DNA of 61,874 nucleotides, counting the filler, from Hausera hauseri (taxonomy: Eukaryota), in NCBI GenBank assembly GCA_046269625.1. It is 12 parts of 12 records of this genome, joined end to end, with 100 filler letters (N's around TTAATTAATTAA, not from the genome) between each part and the next. Parts side by side here need not be neighbours in the genome. Positions count along the whole stretch, not along the records: positions 12,503 to 16,446 come from JBJURY010868627.1; positions 16,547 to 21,479 come from JBJURY010387702.1; positions 21,580 to 26,321 come from JBJURY010453690.1; 9 more parts are not named here. One strand, 5' to 3'. Position 1 is the stretch's first letter. Every line of letters begins with the position of its first letter. Positions 12,503 through 25,351 of this stretch are shown one piece after another. Both the position numbers and the translations under genes were made by a program. The notes beneath the pieces were generated by a model. It was not told where the DNA came from and ran no database searches. It worked only from the letters and a program-made list of their open reading frames with translations.

Positions 12503-13433
12503 CTTACCCTTATTGTTGAGAATTTATTTAATTTATGTATTTGAACGATGGCCTACCATGTTTTCAGCCGTTCGCGTTATTACTTTGTGGGCGAAATTTT
12601 ATGTTTATTCACAAAGAATAAACAACACAAATTGTTATACGAAATAACTAATAATAAACAAACCGTACTTGGTTGTGAGAATAAATAACTGGAATTCCGA
12701 GAATAAATTGTATTTTTCGAATCAAACCAAAGAAGAGAAGGAAAGCCGAGAAGAAGTCGACTTTGATACACCAAGAAAGTGCGTTCGGTGAATTTAGTCT
12801 CACAACTTTTTATTATGTAAAAGTTTCGAATCTTTTTTATTTCTTTCAGTTCCAGTTTTCTTTCTTTTTTGTTTCGTGTTTTTGTGTTTCTTTTTTTCGT
12901 TCGTTCTTTCTATTTATACTAATTTAAATCACTGAGGGTTTTGTAAATATTGCGGGTGGATTTTTATAGTTGTTGAAGGAGTATTAATAAATACTGGAGG
13001 TGTTTTCTAATCTTAAGTGGGTAGATTTTATTAGCCTGTGGGTGTTTTTATTTATTAATTAAATATTTGTAGTAATTTATACTACTTATAAATATTGCAG
13101 TCATGCCTGCCATAGCAAACTATCGGGTGACTGCTCAGGTGTTTAATGGGATGTACTACTTATAAAAGTTGTAGTCACTCGATATGTTACTGCTTTCTAT
13201 AGCAGTCAAAAATCAATAACATTGTTTTTGTAGCAGTATTCATCATTGCTTTCTGTAGCAGTATAAGCGTATTGATCATCACTAGTGCTGTATCGCAACG
13301 TAAAAATCTATCTCTGTATTCAACATCAATGCTTATATCGCATCAAAATGTATAACTGTAACATAAAAAATTATCTATTTATCAAAATTTAATCTATCGT
13401 TGTATTAAAATCTATTTTATCACTATCGTCACA
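12503..13433 (-). mobile_element. 3' LTR (probably running off the contig end)
   Basis: Minus strand reads polypurine tract then TGTGACGATAG starting at 13433; AT-rich non-coding sequence follows. Confidence 0.7.
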
Positions 13434-13452
13434 TCTTCTCCCCCGCCCTCTT
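13434..13452 (-). promoter_or_regulatory. Polypurine tract (PPT)
   Basis: Minus strand AAGAGGGCGGGGGAGAAGA immediately before TGT. Confidence 0.8.
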
Positions 13453-13916
13453 AATAAAATTTTCCCTAAGAAAATTGACTTAATGAGACCAGATTCTCCG
13501 AATTTATTATATAGTAAAAGTCATGAAATAAAAGAAAGAAATTTACATGATGAAAGATACTGTAATGAGAATAAAAATACAAGGTATAAAAGATATAGAA
13601 TTAAATGGTAAATATATAACAGTTTGTTAGTATCTACAAAATATCAGTGAAGAGTTTTCTAAGTAAATAGAAATGTTAGATCAAATTTGAATTGTCAAAC
13701 TGATTGTTCGTAATGCGAATTCGTCGGACTGTACTGATACTGACATTTTGTATTAATTTTCTAGGATGATTTTGTCATGTTTGGCAAATAAAATCATCCT
13801 TATTTTAGATTTATTAGTGTTTTTGAGAACCAATGGTTTTCCACCCCTTGGTTTAGGGATACGATCTATGTCGAATTGCATAGGAATTGGGTGACTGGTA
13901 AAAATAGTATCATGGT

Positions 13917-15727
13917 CTAGTTCTTTGATTTTTTTTCTTTGTTTGCACCTATGAGTGTTAAGTGCAAGGTATGGTTTGTAGGATGTTTATATACAAACCC
14001 TACAACTTTTCCAAAATCATTAGTTGGTATTATCAGTCGATTTTTGGTAATCGACGTTTTTGGCTTCATAGCATATTGAACGTTAATACAGCTATGATCA
14101 TTTCCAAATATAAGTACGGATAATTCTAAAAAAGTAGGATTTTGAATTTGGATCATTGAATTTAGTACACTACTGGTATTTTCCTTTAATTGGTGAATGG
14201 GAGATGAGTCCTTTTCTAAAATTTCTTCAAAATTATAATTAGGATGATATTCCATTGGAATATGTGTGGATTCGCCATAATCAATTAAATTGTTAATTGA
14301 TGATGTCCACTCAAAATTCCATTGTTCGTTGAAGCAAGATTTTTCGACCTTATTATATATTTCGAACAACGTATGTAATATTTGTTCGACTGTTTTCGGG
14401 AATTTATGAGAAACCATAAACTTTTGGTAACTGTGAGATTTAATTTCAACTTTTCTTCGACAAATCGCTGCTTTGTATTTTTTGCAGCTAATAAGACCAA
14501 TATACCGAATACGAAGGTTTTCGGTATTAGAAGTGCTTGAATGATAGCGTTAGTGTTAGCGCTAATTATGATATATCCATATAAATATTTGATCAATTCC
14601 ATACAAATTTCGTCTTCATCAGGTGCTTCCTGTATTAATTGATTTGTTAGACCATGTATATGCTCATTGGTGTTTGCCATTTTGCGTCGTGGATTTAGGA
14701 ATGCCTAGTATATTATTAGTTGCTTTTTATCTGCCACTACAACTTCAATTGGCCGAGCACCTCCATTTGGACCGTGTGTCAATGTAATGGCAAGAAACCT
14801 ATCATTTAAGGCTGTTGTTTGCCTGTAATTATGGGTATTATCACCTGGTTTCTGATAAAATATATATTTGGATTCAGGCTTTTGCAAGATTCTATTCCGA
14901 ATATTACTGGTGATAGTAACACACGGAAATAGAGTTTTGTGGACAATGCTGCCGATTTGATTTTTATTGAATTTTTTGCTATCAGTGTCCATGTATCGTC
15001 GTAATTATCATTTTCTGCTCGCAATTGAATATTTCTCACTCGATATGTATTAGAACCTTTTCAGTGTCGTCATTGATTTGAAATAAATCTGTTAAGTTAG
15101 CATTATATAATGGTTTTTCAATTTTCAGAATTCTGAAGTATCGATCATTCATTGTCGTTGTTTCCAATGCATTTTCTAAGTATCTGCATTCGGGATAGAA
15201 GACATTAACTGAGGTTTCCATTAATTCTATTATTCTTGAAGAGAATTTTGATGAATATTGGTTTCTCCTTGGGTCATAAACTTGAATTATCCCTTGATTA
15301 TACATTTTATTCCATGATCTGTTACTTAATCTATATTTCTCATTTTCTTCTTTGTTGAGAACTTGAGTTTGTAATTTTGTTCGTTTTGTTTCGGGCAAGT
15401 CCTCGAAACTAAAACTTGCGTCTAACTTTGATGTTTGAATTAATTCTCTCTTAAACAAATTTTTTTATTCGTAATAGTAGGTGCTAAAATTCCTCGCTGC
15501 ATCATTTGGCCCGATGTTGGATTTTGAAATGTGAATGACATTATCGGTTTCGAATCGTTACGTAGTTGTTTGGGCGGTATAATCCTTCTTTTAGGATTAG
15601 AGACTACCGTTTTAATAGATTCATCAGAATATGAGTCCGTACTGGATTTATCTAGATCAGGATTGAAGTCTATTTCTGAAGCTTCAGGGACATAAACTGG
15701 AGTACTCAACGAATCAATGTTGTACAT
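13917..15727 (-). pseudogene. Frameshifted accessory ORF homologous to 10032-11327 (degenerate DEDDh-like domain)
   Basis: 'RFLAITLTHGPNGGARPIEVVVADKKQLIIY*AFLNPRRKMANTNEHIHGL...MELIKYLYGYIIIS...IQALLIP' aligns by eye with the contig B protein; lies upstream of the PPT/LTR. Confidence 0.6.
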
Positions 15728-15926
15728 ACTGAAAGAAAGATAAAATGGTAGCAGGTCGTTTTTAATGGCCTATTTGAAGGGTAGGTTGTTACCCTTTTTT
15801 GTTTTAATGGTTCTGTTTAGTACTTTATTTTCCTCTCCAGTCTACAGCTCATTTACAAAAATCTACATCCTCAGAGTTTTTTATTTCCATTAACACAAGT
15901 TTTTTTTTGCTAAATTTGCTGTACAG

Positions 15927-16193
15927 AATTGCCTGTTGAGATCCTTAAGCCCCTCCGTAACACCTCTGTCCGTGAAGGAGACAAGATCATTCTTGAAGTT
16001 GAATTGTCAAAACCAAACTACCCAGTTACATGGAAGAAAGATGGAGTGACATTCAAGCCTACTGAGAAGTCCCGCCTTGTTGTTGATGGATGTATACATC
16101 GCTTAGAGATTGATGAAGCAGAAATTGATGATGAAGCTAATTACTCTCTGTTTGCTGCTGACAGGAGCTGCAAGGCTTTGGTCCTTGTTGAAG
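15927..16193 (+). CDS. Host exon encoding one I-set Ig domain of a titin/twitchin/obscurin-like muscle protein
   Basis: AG/GT-bounded 267-nt phase 1-1 exon: LPVEILKPLRNTSVREGDKIILEVELSKP..VTWKKDG...HRLEI...DEANYS. Confidence 0.85.
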
Positions 16194-17491
16194 GTAATTA
16201 AGACAGTTATTTTATACATTTACTGGGGAGATGGGGGTACTGTGTGGGAGGCAACCCATAGCCAGCCCTGATACATAGACGATTAATAGTCAGCCAAGAT
16301 CCTCTGTCCATGTCTTTGTCATCATCTACAGGCAATGGTAGGAAAACCTGCCTTCGAGCGGGCAGAGGGTTGGGATGGTCCTCAGTTGAGTGGTGGATCA
16401 ACTTTTAGGAGGCCAAGCATTGCACTACTGCCTGGAGGACATTGGTNNNNNNNNNNNNNNNNNNNNNNNNNNNNNNNNNNNNNNNNNNNNTTAATTAATT
16501 AANNNNNNNNNNNNNNNNNNNNNNNNNNNNNNNNNNNNNNNNNNNNAATCATTCTGTAAGCTCAATAGTTTTATCGAAGTGCAAAATTGGAAAAAAAAAA
16601 TAGAAATTACTATAACAAAAATGTAAAATAGAATCTGAGATTTGAAGTCCACACAAACAGAATAATTAGGGTACAGTGGCAGGTGTCTCATTAAAGACAT
16701 TCTTGATTGTAACACGCTGAATAACTAACATTTATTATTCTCATATTGTCATACAAATTAAAATACCTGGATTGGACAACATTTTTGTGACACCTAATTA
16801 CCGTTGTAAATTCCACATTATTTTGGGTTACTTTAGGAGATATGTTCAATGTTAGGAAACTGTCACCGTGAACTAAATCAGCTGGCTATCCTAGCCATTT
16901 GCACAAGAAATAAAACTTTTTTTTACTATGTAATGGCGTGTAGTATATGCATCTTCATTGAACTCTGTGGTGAATATATTGTTCGTGACTTATTGATAAT
17001 CAATAATATTTCATATGTTACCTCACTGACAGATGATATCGATCACACATATTATAGTCTTCTACTTTACAAAAGCATTAAACACGTGGTGTTCTCGTAA
17101 ATTTGTATTGAGAAACAAACTCAGTGTAGATTCAGCCGCCGCAGTGTTTCGTTTATTTTGATTTCAACTTCTTTCATACACAACATGTTAAATCGGTACT
17201 CTATTGAATTTATGTGAATTTGTTATTATGTAAACAGTCAACCTTTATTATTCTCACTTTACTGCCTTTTCTATTTCATTATATTCTCAATATTTGACGA
17301 AAATTATGAAAAACTATTCGGGTAACAAACTTTTGTGTCATGATTAATTGAAAATGTCGAATTTGTTGACCCTTATGTGCGCCGTTTGTTGTGGCGCTTT
17401 TGTGTATTTGGAGAACTTTGTTTTAAAAATCAAAAACGTTTGAACACTTGAAATTTGAATAAAATGTTTTACTACGCCATTTTTTTACTAT

Positions 17492-18035
17492 TTGATTCAG
17501 ATGAATTTGAATGCTGATATTTTACAACCATCAGTTACGGAGAATTTAAGTCCAAACAACAGTTTAGATAAATTCGATGTTGGAAAATTGTCGGGTTACT
17601 ATGTTCATAAAGAAATTGAGAAAAGTAAATTAAATGATTTTTATGTTGGAAGTTTGTTGGGTACCAGGAAATTTGGTCGTGTTTTCTTAGCTAAGACAAT
17701 CAAAGAAGGATTCACCTGTTCAGTGAAGATTATGTTCAAAAATCATTGTATGAGAATAATTCTATTAACTTCACTTTTTGTGATGTAAATATTATGACTA
17801 AATTATTCCATCAGAATATTTTACAATTAAATACTCAGTTTGATGATGACATTGGAATTTTTCTGGTTCCTGAGTATGCGTGGTGCGGTCAGATATCGGC
17901 TACTCTATGTGTAGCATTTGTGTATTGTCATTTAAAAGGCGTTATACATCGTGACAAAGCCTGGAAATTTGCTCATCGATTATGATTACAGTCTGAAATT
18001 GGCAGATTTTGGATGGTCCTTGCATTCTCCTCTAA
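17492..18035 (+). pseudogene. Aurora kinase pseudogene fragment
   Basis: 'LNDFYVGSLLGTRKFGRVFLAK', 'LVPEYA', 'YCHLKGVIHRD', 'LKLADFGWS'; frameshifts, internal deletion, C-lobe missing. Confidence 0.85.
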
Positions 18036-18430
18036 TAAATTTTCTATCGAAAATCCTGAATGGTAGCGGTGCTGGTATGCGTCAAGTTACCTTTACGACT
18101 CCAATGGAATTATTGAACTATAAATAGTGTCAGAAAATTTACCCGTTTATTTCGTGCCACACGGACAAGGATTTTTTCACCAAGGTAACATTCATATTTT
18201 TTCCATTGCGAATTTTAAACATTCTGACGACAATAATATCCAATATATGTTCTACCCCTTGTTGCAAACAGGTCTAATGATCTGCACGTGGATACCAACT
18301 ACTTTCTCGATATAACCGGCAACGAACCCCCATCAACTCTAGCGGATGTGCATATATTTTTCCTCAACCAGGTTTACCGACGGCTGTTAGACGGTCTTTA
18401 CAAAACTATTGTTTTATAATTGCATGGTTT

Positions 18431-20255
18431 ATGTCATTAAGGCCAAAAGCCATTAATTATGATGAATATTGGGGTAGGCTTAGCGATGTTGCTCTTAATG
18501 TTTTAAAATGCGAGAAAATTTCAAAAGTACAATGAAATTCGAGTTTCAGCGGTGTTTGTGGTGTGTGTAACAAAAAAAGATGGAAGTGAAGTTTATGCCG
18601 AGTCGTTGTATACCGATACATTTCGTTTGATTAAACGGCACATTGAGTAAATAGAACAAGAAATAAATAGTACTGATATTAACGAATTTCTTCCTATTTA
18701 TGTACAGAAATGGCAAACGTTTCATCAGGGTTTGGAATATCTCCATGGGCTTTATAGCTACGTTAATGATCAATACGTGAAAAATCTCAGATTTACAGAA
18801 TCGGATATTTGTTATTCACAGGCAGTGATCAGTGTTAATGAGAATAACATGGAAGTTTAAGAGATGGGTCTTGAGTTATGGAAAGATACAGTCATGACAA
18901 TCGGTGAAAAACTGAAATTTTGTTTACGCAAAGAAATTCAAAATGACCAGGAGGGATGCCGAAGTTATTTGTTCGGTTCCATACCGGAAGCTGTTTGATC
19001 ACCAATTATCGTTAGAAATACGATTGTTAGCACAATGAATAAAACATGCCCCTATGAAAGCCTTTTTGAAAATGACCTCTTGTCCTGTACCATTGTATTC
19101 TAGAAACATTGGGTTTTAGACAAACCGTCGAATTTATCATGTTCCCATTATGTTATTGAGACTTTGAAATTGAGGAAATAGGATGAACAACGTTGTCGCA
19201 ATTGTTACGCAGAATCGATGAAAAACATTTGGGAGTTTTTTCGAGATATCGTTGTCGAGCAATTAGGTTTTCTCAATTTCTGTGTTAAAAATATTATCGA
19301 TAATGAGTCGAAGAATGATTTTCGGAATATGTTCACTCTGCTGTCGATTTACGACCTCTGTACGGAAATGCGCAAGACACTCTACAGTCACGTTGTTGAC
19401 GCTGTGAGAATATATATTTCATCAATATATGCAAATATGCCGATTGCTCACAATCTGTTTGTATCAGAATTGACAAATGCCAGAAATCGTTTCTATGATT
19501 TCAACAGAGATTTTCTACGAAGATACTCAATTCAGGAATGCCATCGATAAAGCATTCACCAAGGCCATAAATGATAAACAGAAGATTAATTCTCTTTGTA
19601 ATGTGACGGCGTCCATTAGTAATTCAGATTCATTTTCTGAACAATCAATGGACCAGACAGATTCTTCAGTATCGGCTGAAACACCATATTTATTGACAGC
19701 GAAGATACCTAAACCAGCGGATTTGTTAAACAGACACGTTGGTAATCTTCTGAAGAAGCAGGCAAAATCTCTTAATGATCAAGAATTCGAGAAAACTATA
19801 AACAATTTCATCATACTCTTCAAGTACATTGAAAATAAGGACGCATTTCAGAAACACTACAAGCTATCTTTGTTTAAACGGCTCATTTCTAGCCAGAATC
19901 TTGTGATGAAGAACGAGAAAAATGTCATCAATTATATAAAAAATGTGTGCGGTCTTGGATATACCGGTCCGTTGCAACGGATGTTCAATGACATTCAACT
20001 CATATCCCAGTTGAAAACGTCCTTCTCTGTTTATCTTATTCAGAATACAGATATCGTGATGCCCTGTACCAGTCAGTTTATGGTCCTGACAAATTGCTGT
20101 TGGCCTGTAAACTCCAACCCGGTGGAATTCAATTTGTTTCCGGACTTGCTCAATTGTTTTGGATTGTTCTACAAGTTCTACATCCAGAAATATCAAGGCA
20201 GGGAGTTGAAATTGTCGAATCAATTTTCTACAGTTGAATTGCAGACTAACAACAC
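18431..20255 (+). pseudogene. CUL2: Cullin-2 pseudogene (no evident introns, C-terminally truncated)
   Basis: Starts MSLRPKAINYDEYW; cullin homology 'FIILFKYIENKDAFQKHYKLSLFKRLI...CGLGYTGPLQRMFNDI...VLTNCCWP...YQGRELK'; many stops and frameshifts. Confidence 0.88.
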
Positions 20256-21050
20256 ACCATTCTGTTTGGCTGTTGAGTCCGACGGTGACCATTTCACTAT
20301 TAACACAACAAATAAATCATCAGCGTGGCAACCGCAAAAAACCAGTTTTTCCTATTTGGAGTTGTCAATGGAAGTGGAAAAGCACTTACTACCAATAGAT
20401 ATGTGAAACCTATGAATATTCAGATCTTAAGTATTCCCATCATTTTGCATGAATATAACACGGTTATCGGCGGTGAAACACGTGGCGACAAAACATTAGC
20501 ATTTACTTTACCGCTGATGAATAAAATGTGTAACGAGTCGTCTTTACCCACGAACGAAAGTACCCCAAAGCCTACTGTTATTGCGCCAACGTAGAATCTC
20601 TGCAACCAACCGAATAATTTCACAATTTGTTTCGGCCGTAGTTTGAATCTGAACAGCGTTATATTAAATAATCCGAAAGATCTTGTTCCATGTGATCTTA
20701 TAGTATCGCCTCCGTCTGTTGTATTGAAAGCCACATCATTAGGTGATATAAAATTGATGAGTTTGAAAAGTGTTGAATCGGACATTTTGGCTAAAACATT
20801 TACACAGGCATCTCGTCCAGTTAATAAGGAACCGATTGGCAGTCAGTTAATTATTTGCAACGCAACGATTCCCGAACAGGTCACCGAAGCATGTGGTAAT
20901 ATTTTTCCGATGGATACATTTTCCATTGTTAAAAGCGAAAATATGCACCATTTGATTTTGAATGTATCACATAAATTTATTCGAATATTCAAATCAAAAA
21001 AGCTAATCACACTTCTGAGTACTTTGAAGAAAACCGGTACAAACTACAAC
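20256..21050 (+). pseudogene. DDX28: DDX28-like DEAD-box helicase pseudogene fragment
   Basis: 'SDGDHFTIN', Q motif 'KPMNIQILSIPIIL', motif I remnant 'GGETRGDKTLAFTLP', 'VIAPT', 'QLIICNATIP', 'HHLILNVSHKFIRI'. Confidence 0.7.
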
Positions 21051-23179
21051 GATGAAATTCCATTTTACCAGGCAAACCCACGTGGATTCCACGACATCCA
21101 ACGAAGTTTATCAGTCAGCTGAGCCGGCTATTGGTAAAACAGTGAGCGAATTAGAGTTTGAAACTCGAAAACAACGCAAAGAGCGGGAACGTGTAAATGA
21201 TGTAGAATTGAAACGCAAACGAGAAAAGGAGAATTTTCCAGCAATACTAAAAAATCCAACGACAAATTCTGCATAAATTAAAAGAACAAAACTCGTTCTA
21301 CCGGATCCGAAAGCCACCGATAAAGAAAAATTACATGCGGGGACCTCGGCGACCCTGAAATTTGCGACCCGTCGTGGCGAGACCGAGGTTTCGGCCACCC
21401 ACCCTATGCCATTGGGTCAGACGGCATCGTTCGCTGCCACCCCGCGACACGCCCCCGGCCACACGACCTCTCTGTATTTNNNNNNNNNNNNNNNNNNNNN
21501 NNNNNNNNNNNNNNNNNNNNNNNTTAATTAATTAANNNNNNNNNNNNNNNNNNNNNNNNNNNNNNNNNNNNNNNNNNNNTCCCTTAGCTACAGTTCGACC
21601 ACACTTCAGGTTCTGTATTTCATACAAGCATACTAGGTTAACACAACATACCAGATTTATTATTTTCAAATTTTATTAAATAAAAAGAAAAATACAAAAA
21701 TCTGAGACGGCATGCTTATATATTATTGTCCATATCACACAATGGCTTAATTATCACATTGAAAACTATCACGATAATATAACTTCAATAACATTCAGAA
21801 ACCTTTACCGGTATAATTGTCTTCAGAAATTTCTCTTTCGGCATCATTTCCATTTCTGTTTATTCTGTTGCTCATCTTTTGCAGTTCCTTCAATTTTGAA
21901 TCGAATATCTTGATTACTTCAATGTATTGCCAAGTTCCAAAGGTTCTCCCTCCAAATAAGTTATTTTAGATAATCTTCGAACCGGCGTTGAGATTTCTTC
22001 GTAACTTCTAATTAATCAATATTAGGTTATCTGAATTAATAATTCACCTTCAAGTAGACAGTAAGAATTCTTGATTCGTTGGTCGACTTGATCTCTGAAT
22101 TGATGCTAATAGGACCGCTAAATTTCTAACTCAATTGACAAGAAAATAATCAATATCTTACCTTTAGGTTGTGCAATAAAATTTTCTTACTTGCAAAAGT
22201 TTGTCGTAAAATTATGGTTAATGTTGTCTGGTGACAGTGGTATATATACCCTTTTGTTATCTTTGATATTGAAGATTAGTTTTCATGATAAAATCACGGT
22301 TCGAGTTTCGCATGTAGATCCGGATTTCCAAACTCGGTTATCTAAATTGGCCTGTCAACTGAACCTCGGGTCCTTCTTGGTCGACTCGAAGTTCTAGATT
22401 AATTTGACAAATTGTCCTTCATCGTTTCCTTTACGGGTTCGATATTCAAGTTTGGATTTTCCAAAAGCCTTATCTAAATTGGTTCTCTGGCTTTCTGTGT
22501 ATAAAAAAATTTCCAAGATCTGATTAGGAACGATTAAGTCAAACCGATCGTCGATTATGGATGACTCGGCCTTTCGAGTTTGTACTTGTTAATTAACGAA
22601 ATAGAATCGTTAATTAATGTTAAACTTTTCTTTTTGTCAATCATATAACAATTCTATCTGTTCTATGACAATTTCTAAATATTTTACCATAAATTGGCAC
22701 TTATTCATTATGTGCCATGTCACACAAACACTAGCATATTTCTAATTTAACCAAATATTAATTACTTAATTATGATCTAATTAATTGGTTACTTTGCCGC
22801 ATTGGTTAACAAATATGTACATTTACAGAAATGGAGGAGATACCCATCAGGGGGTTTAACAAAGTCAAAAACAAGAAGACGTTTACATATGTACAAGGAT
22901 TTATTACTTACATAAAATATTCACATTGTCGTAGTCAGATTCATTTGCAGTGAACAATTTCAGATCACAAAGATGTTATTGTTAATGTTGATATTGTTAA
23001 TATTTCGAATCACAATATGTTATTGTTAGTGTTACTGCTTTTTGAATCACGAATAGATGTAAACACGTGTCGTTTTTGTTTCGGTTCGAATTCTCTGAAT
23101 TTGGATTGAATTGTTGTTTCATTTTGTAGTTGGTTTATTTTTTCGAAATCGGCTTCTGAATCAATTAAGAAAATCCAAC

Positions 23180-24107
23180 AGAAGCAAAACAGGAAATGCT
23201 CGACGTGTAACGCGAAACATGTTGTTAGCACTGAGAAAATGTGTACAAGGGGTTAATCGATATTGGCGATTGCAATGGATACGGTTGCAACTCGGTCAGA
23301 CCATGGGAACATGGGGAAAATCGATGGGAAAAATTCAAACGGGTAAAATTTCTCCATGTTCAAGTCTGCTGGTGATGGAAATTGATCTAATACATTGCCC
23401 ATAAGCTGGGAAAATTTCATATTATAGCCGCCTCACGATCATACCAATGGATCAGGGTGAAAAATGCAATCAAACGAACGAACGAACGAACCAACCAAAA
23501 AAAGTGCAATGTTAAAGTCAAATCATCATAGTAGGTAGAAGTGTCCGCTCCTAACCACTTCCCAAGAAGTTCTCAGATCGAGCTGAAAACCAGTTTTACC
23601 CACCTATCTCGCAATTCTGAGCATTTCATGTTTTGTGGTCGGAGACCCCCCCCCCAGCCGGAAGCACGTCACATGTCGCGCATGTCACCGGCGGAAATCG
23701 GTAGAGCTGGATGAGGCGAGAAAATTTTTCTAGCGCGGCGAGAGTCAAAAATATTACTGGACGGTGCTAGAAGCAAAAGAAGCAAAACAGGAAATGTTTT
23801 ATGAAAAACGAAACACGAGTTACAAATTGCGCAATGTTTGATGCAAATGTCAAATCAATGTCGGAGAATCGAATGCTCACAATTTCAACGTTGTCTGACC
23901 ATGGGAACATGGAGAAAAATTGATGGAGAAATTTCAAACTCTAAAAATTTCCCATTGTTCAAGTCTGCTGGTTGTGGAAATGAGTTGAGCACGTAGCCCA
24001 TCAGTAGTTGAGCATTTCCTATTATAGCCGCCTCACGATAAGATCAATGGATCCCGGTGAAAACTGCAACGATAAAAAACATTGTTAAAAAGTCAAAATC
24101 ATCATAA
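23180..24107 (+). repeat. Two diverged direct repeats of ~340 bp (23180-23531, 23778-24107)
   Basis: Shared blocks AGAAGCAAAACAGGAAATG, GACCATGGGAACATGG, TGTTCAAGTCTGCTGGT, TATTATAGCCGCCTCACGAT, AAAGTCAAA(A)TCATCATA. Confidence 0.85.
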
Positions 24108-24304
24108 TCATCGTTGTAAATGCGTTCGTTCGTTTGTTCGTTCGTTTTGTAAAAAGTCGTGTGAATTTTATTTTGTACGACGAACTCATAACTGAGTACT
24201 ACTACTACTCACAAGGAGAATAATTGTCACATCATATTATTATTTCTCATGATTTGTTCGCTCTTTTGTACACAAAACAACAGTAATAAAATAATACACA
24301 TATT

Positions 24305-24655
24305 TTACAAAAGTGATTGTAATGTTAGCAACAATAAGCAGTCATGTCCATATAGTATAGTCATTTGATGTTGATAATGAAATCGATTATATTTAACACG
24401 ATATGATGATGGCGATTGCCGTTCAATTTGAGAAACTAAAGATGACGGATAGTAAAATCCGAGCGGATCAATTACTCTGACGACGTTGGTCGGATAAACG
24501 CACACAGCAATCCAATGTTCGTCCTGCAACGATGAAGTTGGTGCATTGACAATAAAGCCGCCAGTTTGTCGTAAATCACGCGGCACACAGTCCAGTGGAA
24601 ACACGACACGAAATTTCACGCCCAAGAGCAGTTTTCCGTAGTGACTGAGCTCGGT
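24305..24655 (-). pseudogene. Adenain-like cysteine protease of a Polinton/Maverick (adintovirus-like) element
   Basis: 'FRVVFPLD.VP...GGFIVN..TSS..DEHWIA......VIDPLG...YQ......GHDCL'; His and Asp motifs present, catalytic Cys position appears mutated (YG instead of CG). Confidence 0.8.
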
Positions 24656-24934
24656 GGAGACAGCGGATTTTATTTATACAATGACGGTTCCGTTTTTCGT
24701 TATTTCAACCTTGGCATCAAATACACCGTAAATGTACATCACGGTTTTAGTTCCAACAATTCCATTAGAGTTGTGTCGATAATTTGACACATTTCAGCAC
24801 CGCAATCGGTTAACATTTCACGAAATGGCGGCAATTCCTTTCCTTCTGGTTTTAACAAATGTCGATAGAAATTATTATGGACCAATTCGATCGAATTTTT
24901 CGGCGTTATTAACAATAAATTAACAATCGCAACA

Positions 24935-25100
24935 CATTTGCCATTAACAATTTTGTTAACAATTATCCCATCGATTCATTTAGTTACCATTTCAGATCCA
25001 TCTTCAACAACATTAGTTGTTAACCCTCGTTTGACATTAACGATTCTTGTGGATGTAGAAGTAGCTTTAAAATTTTATCCACCAGAAAACCCCATATCGT
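24935..25100 (-). pseudogene. DNAJB6/DNAJB2-like C-terminal fragment
   Basis: 'MGFSGG*NFKATSTSTRIVNVKRGLTTNVVEDGSEMV..IDGII..KIVNG' resembles the STSTxxVNG/ENG motif; in-frame stops. Confidence 0.5.
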
Positions 25101-25351
25101 TAATATTATTAAATCCAATAATATTTATAAGAGAATAAAAATGCCAATATGGCTAGAATAATTTCCAATTTCAAACATTTGACAAACTTTTTTATTATCA
25201 AAACAAAACAAATGCACAGTACAAAAATATCTCAATATGATTATGCACGATTCAAGTCTATTGTTATAAACTGACAATGAAACACTTGATTAAATACATA
25301 TTTCAACATTGTAAGGAATGCTTTTTTGTATTCCTAAAAGTCGAGATACGT

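Noticed and set aside
7410-15727. Contigs B and C as the two arms of one inverted structure, or as the 3' half of the I/F/K element
   Set aside because: Separated by an artificial linker and only distantly similar at protein level; no sequence overlap links B/C to I/F/K
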